Positions 19,716 to 30,627 of a stretch of 32,381 bases of DNA are shown one piece after another. Source of the stretch: Mayamaea pseudoterrestris. Taxonomy: Eukaryota. Location of the stretch: NCBI GenBank assembly GCA_027923505.1, contig BROI01000040.1:62001-94381 (forward strand). The letters run 5' to 3'. The translations under genes and the position numbers were made by a program. A model generated the notes under the pieces. That model ran no database searches and was not told the DNA's origin. It saw only the letters and a list, made by a program, of their open reading frames with translations. Numbering within the stretch: position 1 is the stretch's first letter; each line of letters starts with the position of its first letter.

Positions 19716-22700
19716 ATGGTCCGTCTCTTTCCACGTCGAGTGACTGCTGCCCATGGTCGTCGTCGTTCTCATCAACCGCAATCGGCAGCAGCCGCACGAC
19801 GACGAAACAGCCATTTGCCGCGCAGTCCAACCAATACCGACGACTCGAGCGCTTCTAGTGAAGAGGAGCGTCGTGACGATCGCTTCGTGGTGACGCGTGA
19901 CGAGAGTCGTAACGACGACGAGTCCAGCGGCAGCAGTGGGGACGATAGCTATTCCTCGTCCGAGAGTTCCTCGTCTAGTTACTCGGCGAGCGGCGAATGG
20001 GACGACAATGACTTGACGACGGTGACGAGTTACTCGTCGAATCAACATGATCGAAACTACTGGACCGATGACGATGACTCAAGTATCGAGGAAGAAAATA
20101 CGCGAGCCGCAGCGCCCCACAAAAAGGGCTTGTTTTCCGCCTGGCGCAATCGCACCTCTGCCACCAATAAGCAGCAGCGAGTGTCTAGGGCAGAGGCAGC
20201 ATCATCACCATTCTACTCGCCCCGCCGCAACCGCCGCCGCCGCTTTCGCTTTCGCACGCCAAAGAGCGCATCGAGTGACAGTAGCAGTGACAGCAGCATG
20301 GACAATGCCGACCAGTTGAAACTCGAGTTGGAGGACTTGGGCTACGACTTGGACTGCGAGTCATTCATTACCAAAAAGTCGCCGCAGCTCGACGAGGAGC
20401 GATATGGACGATCCAACGAGCAAGACGAAGACGAACAATTGCAGGTAAATGAGGAAAAAATCAAGACGGAGCTGACGCCAAAACTGTTGTCGTCACCAGC
20501 CAAGAGTCAAAAGTCCATTAAAAAGGAACTCATTGTCGTGGAGACTGTCACGTCCATGTCATCGTCCGACTCTCGTCGCAAACTGGCGCTAAAATCTACC
20601 AGGAGCGTCGTTTCGTCGTCGTCCAGCAAACACTCCAAGAATGCGTTGCAGAATTTGCTCAAGCTGACCAAGTCGCGCAGCAAGAATGGTGGCACGTCGC
20701 CGAAGCAACTGGCGTCCGTCATGGAGCATGACGACGACAATGAAGAAGAAGACGAAACTGTCAGTCGCGAAGATGAATGTGGTAATGACAACGGCGAAAA
20801 TGCCAACGACGATCATGTCAATGACGGCCGCAGTCAGTCGGAAGCAACCTGGGAAGGCAAAATGATTCGCACGCGCGTTTCATCGGCGGACCGGAGTGGT
20901 GAGGTGGAGTTGCTGCAGATTGATTCCACGAATGATGAAGACGACGATGATGACGATGAATTCGACGTTGGTGAGGAGCACGAGTTGGAGGAGGATGATG
21001 ATGATGATGATGAGGAAGAGGATGAAGCAAAAGGCAAACATTACATGAAGGGAATCCAGATGAAACGAGCTCCTTCGCAAATGACAAACACGTCATCCAA
21101 ACTTCGCGGATCACGCAGGAACGAGAAAAAGAAGCAGCAGCAAGCAATGTCAACCAAGTCGCAAAAGCTTGAACAAGTTCCGTCAAAAGCGGCGTCAAGG
21201 AGCACAAAACAGCAACGGAGAAAGAAGCATCTGGATGAGATCTTGTTTGACAAAACGAGGAGTACTTCGCCAACAAGTACCAAGCCGTCATTGGACGAAG
21301 AGGAAAATGAATACACGGACGAGGAAGAGGAAGACGCAACCGTTTCGCTCCAGTCGCTCCAACGTGCCGACAATGAAAAAGAACAAGTGTCGCCTCGACC
21401 AAAGTCCATTGTCAAGTCGCCAATGCAGCGCGAGCTAGAAAAGGCCAATTCGGCAGCGTCGGAAAGTATTGCGGCCGAGTCCGTGTCACCGAAAAAGATT
21501 GCTCGACGCAAATTCTTTGCCACTCCACTGGCAATCGAGGTAAATTCGCCAGCGGCGCAGTCCAAGGCTGCGTCCAAATTAGCATCTCCAAAAGTAGCAT
21601 CTCCAAAGGCGCCATCGCGAACCGCTAGCTTGGTTGAAAAATTGATTGACGAGCAGCCGACATGTACGCCGACGGAGAGTTTCGTCGAGCAGCCAAAGAG
21701 TATTGCACTGTCACCAAACGGACTGCCAGAGGATGACGCTCAGTTGCTTCAAGCTTTGACGCCTCGTACTCCAGCGAATGAGCGACTTCCACCGCCGCCT
21801 CCCAAAATTTGTACGTCACCCATGGATTTACAAGAGACGCCGTCTGTGGTGATTGAAGGGATGAGCATTGTCATGGGCATGCGAGAGGAGGAAATTGATC
21901 ATGACGACGAAAAGCCGCAGCGGCTCAAGAAGCGAATCAAGGAAGTGCTGGAAAAGAAGGAGGCTGCCGATGCTTTGCCAAAAAAGACAAAGGCACAAGT
22001 CAAGGAGGAAAAGGCACTCCAAAAACCTTGGTCGGAACCGTCGCCACTGTCGGAACCCAATCCTAACCCCAAGCGTCTTAAAGCAAAGTTGGCAGCCATT
22101 CCCGCAGCACAGCCTGTCCTGAACAATGAATCGCTGCGACCGGAGTTGGACCCGGCACATGATCCAATTCAGGTATATGCTGCGCATGACCTCAACGAGG
22201 GACTCGTCAAGCGCTTCCTTCCCTTTTGGGGCGCTGGAAGGAAAACCACGACCAACGAACCGTCAGCGATGGACAGAGCAGCGCATCTGCCTCCTAGGCC
22301 GACCAGGCAGAGCGATAAGCCAAGTCATACCTCGGGTAGTTTCAACAATAAAGGCTCGGCCCATCAGCAAGGCACATCTACATCTGGTCAGCGGCAATCA
22401 TCGCGAAACTATGAAGATCTTACAAAGCGTTTTGCGACATCGACTCTCGCAAAGGATCCGGCTGTCCAGCCACCCAGAAATAGGTCATTTAAACTTCCAA
22501 GTCCAAAACGAGAAGGCCATTCTGACTTTCAACATGCACGAAAGTCTTCCTTCAACAAGGCAGGCAAATACCAGTCGAAGGAAACGTCGGCTCCAGAAAG
22601 CAATTTTCCAATTTCTCCAAGAAAACGCATTGATGATGCAATCAAGACGCTTTTGAAGCAGAAGAAGGAGGCATCGAAATTTAGAGCGGCCGTGCGCGCG

Positions 22701-25073
22701 CCTCTGCCCGAGGTCGAACCGGACCCTTCCACTGAATCGGCAACGGGGGTCCTTGAAGAACGCGAAACGATGCCAACGTTCGACGAAAGACCGAACATAG
22801 AGACGGAGAATCTTACGGCAGCTTCAAGCCTTGTTTCGTCATTTTCACCAAACGCAATTGTTAGGCGACAGAACCTTGATGGTGTGAGGGCTTTAGTGGG
22901 TACCTGGTTCTCCGATGCGCCATGCAAGGGTATATCGATGGACTCACCGGCATTCTTCGAGACGGTAACATCTCCGAGAGATGCTGCGAATGGGTCAGAA
23001 TCCATTGCGCCTGGTAACATTGAAGTAACGTACGATCAGCAAGTGTGTTTGGTCAACAGCGACCTTCGTCCTATTGCAAAGCTCGACGATGGCTCGTCAC
23101 TTGGAGTACGAAGACGTGCGTGGTCGCCTGTAAAACGTACACCCAAAGCAGCTAGAACAGCTAATACTCCCAAGGCCGTGTTGAATGACATTTTGCCCGC
23201 TTCGAAGACACCCATCTATCGAATTGACCCTGTAGAATGCTTCAAGGAAGAGGGTGAGGCAGCGATGACGTTCCGTTCTGTTCACCCAGCGAGTCGCATC
23301 GAAGTTTCCGGACTTCCACCGAAGAAAGCTGGGTTCAAAGTAAGGAATATATTCTCTCGTTTTACCAAGAAGCGACGCAATACAGCAGTCAATGTCACCG
23401 TAGAGGACGCATCAATGCCGACGACGCAAACCGCCAACTCGAAACGCGAGCGACGACACGCTACAGCAAACCTGTCACAGGCAACAAAAGAGAAAGTGGT
23501 ACAGTCCATCTTCACGCCAAGGCCCAATGTGTCAACCAGGAGCATAACGGACAGGAGCGAAGTTCTCCAAGGCGACGAAGACATCTTGCTCAAGCTGAAA
23601 CAAGATACGCCATTGTCCTCGGAAAATATGATAACAATGCCTCACACCGTTTGCAAAGCATTAGAGACTGACGAGAAAGAAAAGGAGGTTCTTCTTGCTC
23701 GCTCAGGAAGCTCAAAGCGTTCGAAGAATGCATTGGAAAACAAACCGCCACTGCCTTTCACTCGAAACCGTTCCAAGTCGTCGAGTAAAGTTGAATTGCA
23801 TCAACCAGCTAAATCTTCTACCAAAAAGGTAATCAATGATGACGACCGCAACGACGAAAAAACGACTGCGACGAAAGCAGCGTCTATGCATCTTCCTTGC
23901 CCAGCTCCCGTCCCAGCACAGAGGGGAATGTGGCAAGACTTCATGAATATGGATGTGCTTGGGGCATTCGACTGGACGAAAAGTAGCGGGCCGCCAAAGC
24001 TTGAGCATGATATTCCGAAACTAGTGTCACCGGCGCCGCAGAATGTGCATGTCAACATTCCCAAGTCTACTGGCAGCTTAAAACTTGCCGACATGGCGCC
24101 ACTGGGCGAAATAAAGCACGCTGTAAATGCAAAGTCTCCTCTCTCCGAGAAATCTTACGATACGCTGGACGAAATTTTGTCGAACCGGACTCGTCCAGCC
24201 CCAGAGCCATCCGAAAATCTTCCACCTGTCAAAGCGGCGTCTTCCAAGCCAGTCAAGGTGCGCAGTTTCTTTGGAGTTCGTCGAGAGCCAGTGCAGGCAG
24301 AGGAAAGTGACAAAATGTCGATTGGAATATCGTCAAAAGATCCAAGTTCCTTTTTTCCTGTGGAGTTTAATGATGACAACGACATCGTTCGGCCAAGCGC
24401 GGCGAAAGGACGACCCACTCTAGCAAACGGCGCTTCCAGGGGTCCGTCAGTTCCCTTGGCTTCCACAAAAGGCATTCTTCGTGAAACAAACAAGAGAGTT
24501 GAGGGCAGGGCGCCTGGACAAGTCAACCCTCATTCTAATGCCATTTCCGCGCTACTTCGTAAGCGTTCCGAGGCAAAGCGACGGACCGAGGAGCGCCCAA
24601 TGAAAGGCAATACGCTCGCGTCATCGGTCCGTGATACATCAACATTGACTTCCTTCGTAGGGCTACCTCAGCGGGCGACTAGTAGTCGACTTTCCTCGGC
24701 GCTATCTGAGGATACACGGGATACGTGGGCAGAAATTGCCGACGCCAGCCAGGTTGTTGAACGGGCCATGGATCGCTTAGATACTTTCAAATCCGAGGAT
24801 GAAATAGATGACCCTGCCAGGCTCAAGGCGTTACTTGCATCCGTCTCTGACGATCAAAGTATTGGCAATGTCGAAAAGGCTCTGGACACATTGCGCAAGC
24901 ATGCCACGCGTCTTGGCGTGAAGGAAGCAGACCTACTTCTTGCCGTCGAGAGCACTGATACAATGTCATTCGGGGAGCAGACAACCAAGACGAACAAGTC
25001 GTACAAGGACATGACACTTGCCCAGGAAATCTTTAATGTACTGTCGTTGTACATGAAGGGAGAGAAGGCTTGA
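19716..25073 (+). CDS. Large, mostly disordered hypothetical protein (1785 aa)
   Basis: 5.36 kb uninterrupted ORF. Ser/Lys/Glu/Asp/Pro rich with acidic tracts and basic clusters; probable short helical domain at the C-terminus (ALDTLRKHATRLGVKEADLLLAV). Followed by an AT-rich 3' region. No family recognised. Confidence 0.85.
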   Translation: MVRLFPRRVTAAHGRRRSHQPQSAAAARRRNSHLPRSPTNTDDSSASSEEERRDDRFVVTRDESRNDDESSGSSGDDSYSSSESSSSSYSASGEWDDNDLTTVTSYSSNQHDRNYWTDDDDSSIEEENTRAAAPHKKGLFSAWRNRTSATNKQQRVSRAEAASSPFYSPRRNRRRRFRFRTPKSASSDSSSDSSMDNADQLKLELEDLGYDLDCESFITKKSPQLDEERYGRSNEQDEDEQLQVNEEKIKTELTPKLLSSPAKSQKSIKKELIVVETVTSMSSSDSRRKLALKSTRSVVSSSSSKHSKNALQNLLKLTKSRSKNGGTSPKQLASVMEHDDDNEEEDETVSREDECGNDNGENANDDHVNDGRSQSEATWEGKMIRTRVSSADRSGEVELLQIDSTNDEDDDDDDEFDVGEEHELEEDDDDDDEEEDEAKGKHYMKGIQMKRAPSQMTNTSSKLRGSRRNEKKKQQQAMSTKSQKLEQVPSKAASRSTKQQRRKKHLDEILFDKTRSTSPTSTKPSLDEEENEYTDEEEEDATVSLQSLQRADNEKEQVSPRPKSIVKSPMQRELEKANSAASESIAAESVSPKKIARRKFFATPLAIEVNSPAAQSKAASKLASPKVASPKAPSRTASLVEKLIDEQPTCTPTESFVEQPKSIALSPNGLPEDDAQLLQALTPRTPANERLPPPPPKICTSPMDLQETPSVVIEGMSIVMGMREEEIDHDDEKPQRLKKRIKEVLEKKEAADALPKKTKAQVKEEKALQKPWSEPSPLSEPNPNPKRLKAKLAAIPAAQPVLNNESLRPELDPAHDPIQVYAAHDLNEGLVKRFLPFWGAGRKTTTNEPSAMDRAAHLPPRPTRQSDKPSHTSGSFNNKGSAHQQGTSTSGQRQSSRNYEDLTKRFATSTLAKDPAVQPPRNRSFKLPSPKREGHSDFQHARKSSFNKAGKYQSKETSAPESNFPISPRKRIDDAIKTLLKQKKEASKFRAAVRAPLPEVEPDPSTESATGVLEERETMPTFDERPNIETENLTAASSLVSSFSPNAIVRRQNLDGVRALVGTWFSDAPCKGISMDSPAFFETVTSPRDAANGSESIAPGNIEVTYDQQVCLVNSDLRPIAKLDDGSSLGVRRRAWSPVKRTPKAARTANTPKAVLNDILPASKTPIYRIDPVECFKEEGEAAMTFRSVHPASRIEVSGLPPKKAGFKVRNIFSRFTKKRRNTAVNVTVEDASMPTTQTANSKRERRHATANLSQATKEKVVQSIFTPRPNVSTRSITDRSEVLQGDEDILLKLKQDTPLSSENMITMPHTVCKALETDEKEKEVLLARSGSSKRSKNALENKPPLPFTRNRSKSSSKVELHQPAKSSTKKVINDDDRNDEKTTATKAASMHLPCPAPVPAQRGMWQDFMNMDVLGAFDWTKSSGPPKLEHDIPKLVSPAPQNVHVNIPKSTGSLKLADMAPLGEIKHAVNAKSPLSEKSYDTLDEILSNRTRPAPEPSENLPPVKAASSKPVKVRSFFGVRREPVQAEESDKMSIGISSKDPSSFFPVEFNDDNDIVRPSAAKGRPTLANGASRGPSVPLASTKGILRETNKRVEGRAPGQVNPHSNAISALLRKRSEAKRRTEERPMKGNTLASSVRDTSTLTSFVGLPQRATSSRLSSALSEDTRDTWAEIADASQVVERAMDRLDTFKSEDEIDDPARLKALLASVSDDQSIGNVEKALDTLRKHATRLGVKEADLLLAVESTDTMSFGEQTTKTNKSYKDMTLAQEIFNVLSLYMKGEKA

Positions 25074-25432
25074 TCAGCACATGTTTGTGAGCATCGCACG
25101 AAGGGTTTATATATTTCTGCATACAACAAAGTATATACTTAATCATTCTTCAACATAATTTTGTTATTATAAAACCACTATTTGATTACCATAATTTAGG
25201 ACCATTGCAAATGAGGATGAAGTAAAAATGCCGACAGTAGGCGTCTCCCGCACGAGAGATCAAACTCGATGCGCTGTCTTCTGCAGTTCGAGCATGTCAG
25301 CACTACAATCGTCCGACACCAAACAATGCTTTCATTAGTGTGTGTCGTCATCTGCCAAAGCAGCCAGAGAGCTCATTTCAAAAGCAAGTACTTCAAAAAG
25401 CACGAGCTAAATTCTGCAAAGATCGATTGTTT

Positions 25433-27118
25433 CTACCAGATTTCTTCCACGATCAATCTCAGCACCTCCATGGATGGTGCATGGTCAAATTGAAACTTTC
25501 GGGCGAATAGAATCCCTCTCGCCTTGGCGTCCTTCAGGTAGTCAATCGTCTCATTACCTCGGAACTCCAGTCGTTGTCCACCGCCATCTCGTTGCGCCAA
25601 GGTGGCATCCTCCATCCGGTAGCAAAGCGAAGAGTTTGTACTCAACAATGCATTCTTCATGCTAATGCTGCAGTCTCCATCCACTCCACCCCAAACTTGA
25701 AAGACTGCAGCTTGCTCACGCGCTTCCGCTCCGTGTCCAATCAGGTCAAGCGCGGCGATCCAGTTGCGCTCCTCCAAGCAGCAGCAACAAGCGTACTTGC
25801 TCATGACAAATAGCTGCTTCACTTCCAGAGACTCCAACAACTCTTGCACGACGCTATAGGCATAGACTCCTTGATTACCGGAATTCGTCTTGTACATCAT
25901 GCTGACTTGAATCTCGTCGGGAATGCGCAACTGCTGAAAGGGCAGTCGCGACAATCGTACATGCAGCTTGCTTGTACCACGCGTGTAAACGAGTCGCTTG
26001 TGCTTGAGCATGTAGGACTGATCGCCGTAGACAACTTGTCCGCGCAGCAGCGTTTCACCCAACCATACGCGACGACTTGACAATTGCTGCTGCTGAGCAT
26101 ACAGTGCTCGGCCAACGTTGCGATGCAGCGGATAGGCCGACGCTCCCGTCGTCACGTGATAGTCGTACACCAGCGCCAAGTCGTGCACGAGCCACTGCAT
26201 GATGCGCAGATTTACCATGCTGACGGAATCCGTCTTGTAGACGACGGTTCCAAACTGCAGCATGACGACATTGTTGTACCGACTGGCAATCTGCTTGACT
26301 TGATGTACCAACGATGCCGGCGCCAGTCGTTCTACATGCAAAATGATGTAATGCCACGGCTCGACGATGGCTGCCAGTAGTTTTTCCAATTGCCTGACAT
26401 CGTCATGGACAATGACTGCATAGGCAATGCGCACCGCGTCGCTGGGTACTGGCACGCTCAAGTCCTTTAGCTTGGTGGCCGCAACCTTGTCGTTGATTGG
26501 CGACGAGTACTTGTACTTGCTATAGTCGCAACGCTGCGTTTGCTGCGCGTACAGTTCCAGCAGCTCCAAGACAAACTCTTGCTGCAGCAAGTCCATGTGA
26601 ACACTGGCAGTGGGTCGCTGCATCAAGGTGGAAACCGACTCGTTCAAAAGTGGCTTGGCCCAGGATGTAAAATTAAAGTAGGCAGTGGATTGCGGCTTGA
26701 CAATGTCGTCAACTTGGCAATAGTATAGTTCCGCCATGTCGGTCACGCTTGACAGCAAGTAGTTTTGTGGATAGTTATTGTCTTGAAGCGTAGATGCAAG
26801 GACCGCAAAGGCTTGCTCGTCGTTATACTCGAAGGGTGGAGATTCATGCGAGTGAAACGTGAGCGTTTCGCGCAGCACTTGCCGCCACGAAGATCCAGCC
26901 TTGTTGTCACGAAACGTGCCGCTGCCGCTGCCCCTCATACTTGTTGCGTCATGATTTCTCAAACTACTCGACAAAGCGTCGTGACGAATGTACCATCGTA
27001 TCCAAAAGAGCAACGGAATCAGCGACGCCAGCAACAGAAATCGCAGGAAGCGTCCCAGCGAAAGAAGCGTTCGTTTCAGACGACCCCGCTGCAGACTCTC
27101 CTTGCGAATGACAACCAT
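25433..27118 (-). CDS. GT14 (core-2/I-branching GlcNAc-transferase / xylosyltransferase-like) glycosyltransferase
   Basis: 561 aa with an N-terminal TM (FLRFLLLASLIPLLFWI). RIAYAVIVHD..LEKLLAAI..P.HYIILHVE and C-terminal LFARKF are hallmark Branch/GT14 motifs. Confidence 0.8.
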   Translation of the reverse strand: MVVIRKESLQRGRLKRTLLSLGRFLRFLLLASLIPLLFWIRWYIRHDALSSSLRNHDATSMRGSGSGTFRDNKAGSSWRQVLRETLTFHSHESPPFEYNDEQAFAVLASTLQDNNYPQNYLLSSVTDMAELYYCQVDDIVKPQSTAYFNFTSWAKPLLNESVSTLMQRPTASVHMDLLQQEFVLELLELYAQQTQRCDYSKYKYSSPINDKVAATKLKDLSVPVPSDAVRIAYAVIVHDDVRQLEKLLAAIVEPWHYIILHVERLAPASLVHQVKQIASRYNNVVMLQFGTVVYKTDSVSMVNLRIMQWLVHDLALVYDYHVTTGASAYPLHRNVGRALYAQQQQLSSRRVWLGETLLRGQVVYGDQSYMLKHKRLVYTRGTSKLHVRLSRLPFQQLRIPDEIQVSMMYKTNSGNQGVYAYSVVQELLESLEVKQLFVMSKYACCCCLEERNWIAALDLIGHGAEAREQAAVFQVWGGVDGDCSISMKNALLSTNSSLCYRMEDATLAQRDGGGQRLEFRGNETIDYLKDAKARGILFARKFQFDHAPSMEVLRLIVEEIW

Positions 27119-27444
27119 AATTTTGTTTTGTTGTATGGATCAAGTGGATTGTTTCTCTCTTTGTATCGGTGTAGCTTGATTGGAAAGGGAGCAAAAGTGT
27201 AAAGTCGCTTCGTCGACGTCGACGTGTCGAATGAGTTGCAGAGTCGTTCCAGCAGTCAGTTTTTTCAGCTAGCTGACAATCTCACTATTCTTTTTATTGC
27301 TTGGGACTCTTTATATGCATTGCAGTAGACCTTCATGTAATGGCTCGTCCATGGTCGATGGTTTGCGGTTCCCAAGAATTTTCGCTCTGAGTCATTCCCG
27401 GTGCGATTTTGTGTCACGCTTTTCAGACGCGCGAGAAGAAAGCT

Positions 27445-29229
27445 ATGCATACTGTACCGCAGCAGGAACAATCACCAAACGGCTGCAAGAACATTCCCGC
27501 AACGATTTACTTGCGAACAAGGATGACGGCCACGCTAGCGGATCACAAAAATCCAAGCCAAGCCAAGCAACAAGTATCGCATTTTTCGACCAAGACCCTT
27601 GCAATGAGTGCTGCAGAGAATGATCAAGGTTGTCTCAGCAAACGTAAGAAACTCCCCGGGTGGTGGGGGGAAGCGTCGGACGAGATCAACGACTTAATGA
27701 GAGCTTTTTCCAAGAATAATTCGCCTTTGTGGCCGGAAGATGACAGATACGCCATCACATACAATCAACTGGTGCTCATGACGCTTCAGACGGACATTCG
27801 AGATCGATTCGTAGAGACTTTAAAAGCTTTTGCTGTCGAAAGCATCACGATATACGACCGGTATCAATACGAGGAATACTATAATTTTGTACCACCTCCC
27901 GACAACGACATTCTCATGACGGCTTCTATAGTGGCATCCTGTTTTACCTCGGTATTATCTGTAAAGCTGATAGAGTATGCTCTCGAATATGGCCAAGCGC
28001 CAAGACGGGCAGTTACTAATGTTTTTTGGACACTTTTGATAGGCTGCTCTTCACTCAAGAAGCTGCAGTTCAGCCTTTCAGATCATAATTTACAAGTTGT
28101 AGGAGAGGGTTACGAGCAAACAAAGCTCGCACTCGAACTTGCTGGCGAGCTTCCGCCCAGGCTAGATGAGATTACCATTTTTAATATTGACGACGAGGAA
28201 GGGTTGCATCGCCTTCTTAACCCTGTCCCAACTTTATGGTATCTCACCAAAATCTCAATAACAGTTCGTGATGCCCTCACTAACGAAGACGGCGATGATT
28301 ATGTGCCTGCGTTTGCTGTCGACTCTTGTGCCACATTGCTTCGCGGTATTCTCAGCAAGCCGGTCCTTCAGCAAGTACGTCTCGAGAATTTTCAGTGGGA
28401 CACAGAGGTGTTCACAAGGGCGTTTGAACGTAGCAACAAAGCTACGGGACTTGAATTGTATGCGGATTCATGGAGATTCCCGGTGGAGTTGGCTGGCACA
28501 ATGGCTCGGGCATTGGCAACTGGACCTTTTCGAGCGCTGACGTATGTATGCTCTCGCCGCGAACAATGTCATAGCATTGCATTTTTCGAAGAATTAAGTC
28601 GCTGTTTGTGCATCGAAGGGTGCTCAATGCTCAAAGAGCTGACCATGGAGCTTCAAAACTGTAGCGCACCTCCAACAGAAGTGCTAACTGCTCTTCTTCG
28701 GCATGCCAAACCATGGCAGGTCCAAATGCTTTCACTAAAAGTTTCAGACGAGCAGTGGACAGAAGACTTTGTTACTGTACTGTGTCACTACGTGCATGCG
28801 AACACCTCGCTGCGGAAATTGGCCATCGCCAAGGGCGCCGGGGGATGGGGACCGGAATGGTCGAGCTGGGGATGGGAATGGTCGAGCTCGCTTTGCGACG
28901 CACCATCTAGCCTTTTAAAGGCAATCTGCAATGGAAGCGGCAGCCTCGACGAGGTTGACTTTCGAGGGATATTTCACTCGGAATGGATTGACAAGTTCGA
29001 TACTGGCGTTGCTCTCAATTTGAACCGGCTCAAGCGAGTACACGGGCCGCTCTTCCAGCAAGCGGAACAAGTGGACCCCGGCCCTTGCCGCCGACTGCTA
29101 CTTGTGCGTGCCGTCGCGCGAGTCGACCAACAAACCAGGTTTGCATTGCTTCGCGAAAACTATGCCAACTGCCTCGCTTCCCTGCTGGAGGAAATGCAGA
29201 GTAGGAAGCGACCACATTCAGCTATTTGA
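27445..29229 (+). CDS. RNI-like leucine-rich repeat hypothetical protein (start uncertain: ATG at 27445, 27522 or 27604)
   Basis: Long ORF with degenerate LxxLxL units (SLKKLQFSL, VLQQVRLE, MLKELTMEL, NTSLRKLAI). The C-terminal LNLNR..LLREN signature resembles an expanded diatom family. Confidence 0.65.
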   Translation: MHTVPQQEQSPNGCKNIPATIYLRTRMTATLADHKNPSQAKQQVSHFSTKTLAMSAAENDQGCLSKRKKLPGWWGEASDEINDLMRAFSKNNSPLWPEDDRYAITYNQLVLMTLQTDIRDRFVETLKAFAVESITIYDRYQYEEYYNFVPPPDNDILMTASIVASCFTSVLSVKLIEYALEYGQAPRRAVTNVFWTLLIGCSSLKKLQFSLSDHNLQVVGEGYEQTKLALELAGELPPRLDEITIFNIDDEEGLHRLLNPVPTLWYLTKISITVRDALTNEDGDDYVPAFAVDSCATLLRGILSKPVLQQVRLENFQWDTEVFTRAFERSNKATGLELYADSWRFPVELAGTMARALATGPFRALTYVCSRREQCHSIAFFEELSRCLCIEGCSMLKELTMELQNCSAPPTEVLTALLRHAKPWQVQMLSLKVSDEQWTEDFVTVLCHYVHANTSLRKLAIAKGAGGWGPEWSSWGWEWSSSLCDAPSSLLKAICNGSGSLDEVDFRGIFHSEWIDKFDTGVALNLNRLKRVHGPLFQQAEQVDPGPCRRLLLVRAVARVDQQTRFALLRENYANCLASLLEEMQSRKRPHSAI

Positions 29230-30007
29230 TGCTGTCCAATGTCGCACGTTGCAATCAATATTTCTGGGACTAGCAACTATTTCTGATTGCAAGATATATA
29301 AAAGATAATTTGAAGACTATTTGTTTCGATACTTTATCATTTATACCGCAGAGGTCGTGGTCGATGGAAAACTGCGCTTGTTGGCCGAGTAAGCAAACTC
29401 ATCATGCTAGGGCAGGCTCCGTTCCAACTAGGTAGTAGTGCCAGCACGCCATCTCCCCACTGCAGGTCTAATAAAGGGTACCTTTCAATTCTAACGTAAT
29501 TCTCATCAAGCTTTTGAAAAGCGACAGCCAGAAACGTTGGCGCCTGCGCATAGTATGCGCCGAGTTATCGCGGTTGGCACAATTCAAGTGAAACAAACGC
29601 CCAGGATTCGCAACGCAAATACTTGCCTGGCTGCATCATTGTTCTTGGTCCGCCATTTCAGAGATTGTCGACGATGCTACTCGTTCAGTCAGTCAGCATG
29701 ACTTGAACAGTCACCTCCACAACCTCATTCGCAGCATTACCTGCAACAGTTGAGTAAGCAAATCGAGTCGCGGACAAAATGCACCATACAATCATATGTT
29801 GCTTGGCGGCAGACGTTGCAGTATCAAGCACCAAATATGCCATTACTGGAAAGGAACTAGCCGAGATGTGTCAGGAACGAAAAATGACCTGGCGAGCAGC
29901 CACTCATTGTTCGCAACGAGCCGCGACAGCTCCGGCAATATCAAGATGGGGTTCATGCAAAGCATTTCTATACAAGCATGCGCAGTGACGTCAATAAAGA
30001 TAGGATT

Positions 30008-30055
<48 letters not shown>
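30008..30055. repeat. (AGCA)12 microsatellite
   Basis: Perfect tetranucleotide run of 48 bp. Confidence 0.97.
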
Positions 30056-30057
<2 letters not shown>

Positions 30058-30389
30058 CGTTCTTTACAAGTGCTTGGTCCATTCAGCCTCTTTCCTCTTT
30101 CGTCCATGGCTCGTTGTCAAACATTACGGTTTCCGCGCGCATGGTGAGACAGCGCTGAACAAGGATTTGCTTGTCCTGCTACCATGATTACAAAGGTTTT
30201 CAACAGCTCGCATGTATGTGGCAACATTTTTGCCGATGGCATGCAGCGACTGATCGAAGGATGAACGATAAACCAAAACGGATGGATGCGTTTCATCTTT
30301 GGCGATGTAATAACCGGTCCGACAGTCTGCATAACCGGTGCGATTTTATGTCACGCTCGTCCGCGAGACGAAACGCTCATCGCTGCCAT

Positions 30390-30555
30390 TGTTGAGCATG
30401 GATGAGAACCCAAACCGAAGCGGCAGCGGTGACGTCACGAAGACGGTCACATTTAAGTAAGCGCGGTAAGCGGCAACCGAAGGAGTGGATCGAGGACGAT
30501 CACTTCTTGGAGAAAATAAGTAAAGTGGTTTTATTGACTCTGTTCTGCTTAATCA
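30390..30555 (+). repeat. Candidate 5' LTR (166 bp, TGTTGAG...TTAATCA)
   Basis: Starts with TG and ends with CA with imperfect terminal inverted similarity, and lies 72 bp upstream of the gag ATG. The partner LTR is outside the window, so boundaries are unconfirmed. Confidence 0.5.
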
Positions 30556-30627
30556 TTAGTGTCGCTTCAAGGGCGCGCAAGATATATTCTAGATCCAACA
30601 TTTTCTCCAAGAAGCGAGTGAAAAGAC

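Noticed and set aside
1..27118. Functional cluster of cell-surface and glycosylation genes (protease, two glycosyltransferases, LRR receptors)
   Set aside because: These families are abundant in diatom genomes and are interspersed with unrelated genes. No evidence of co-regulation in the sequence.
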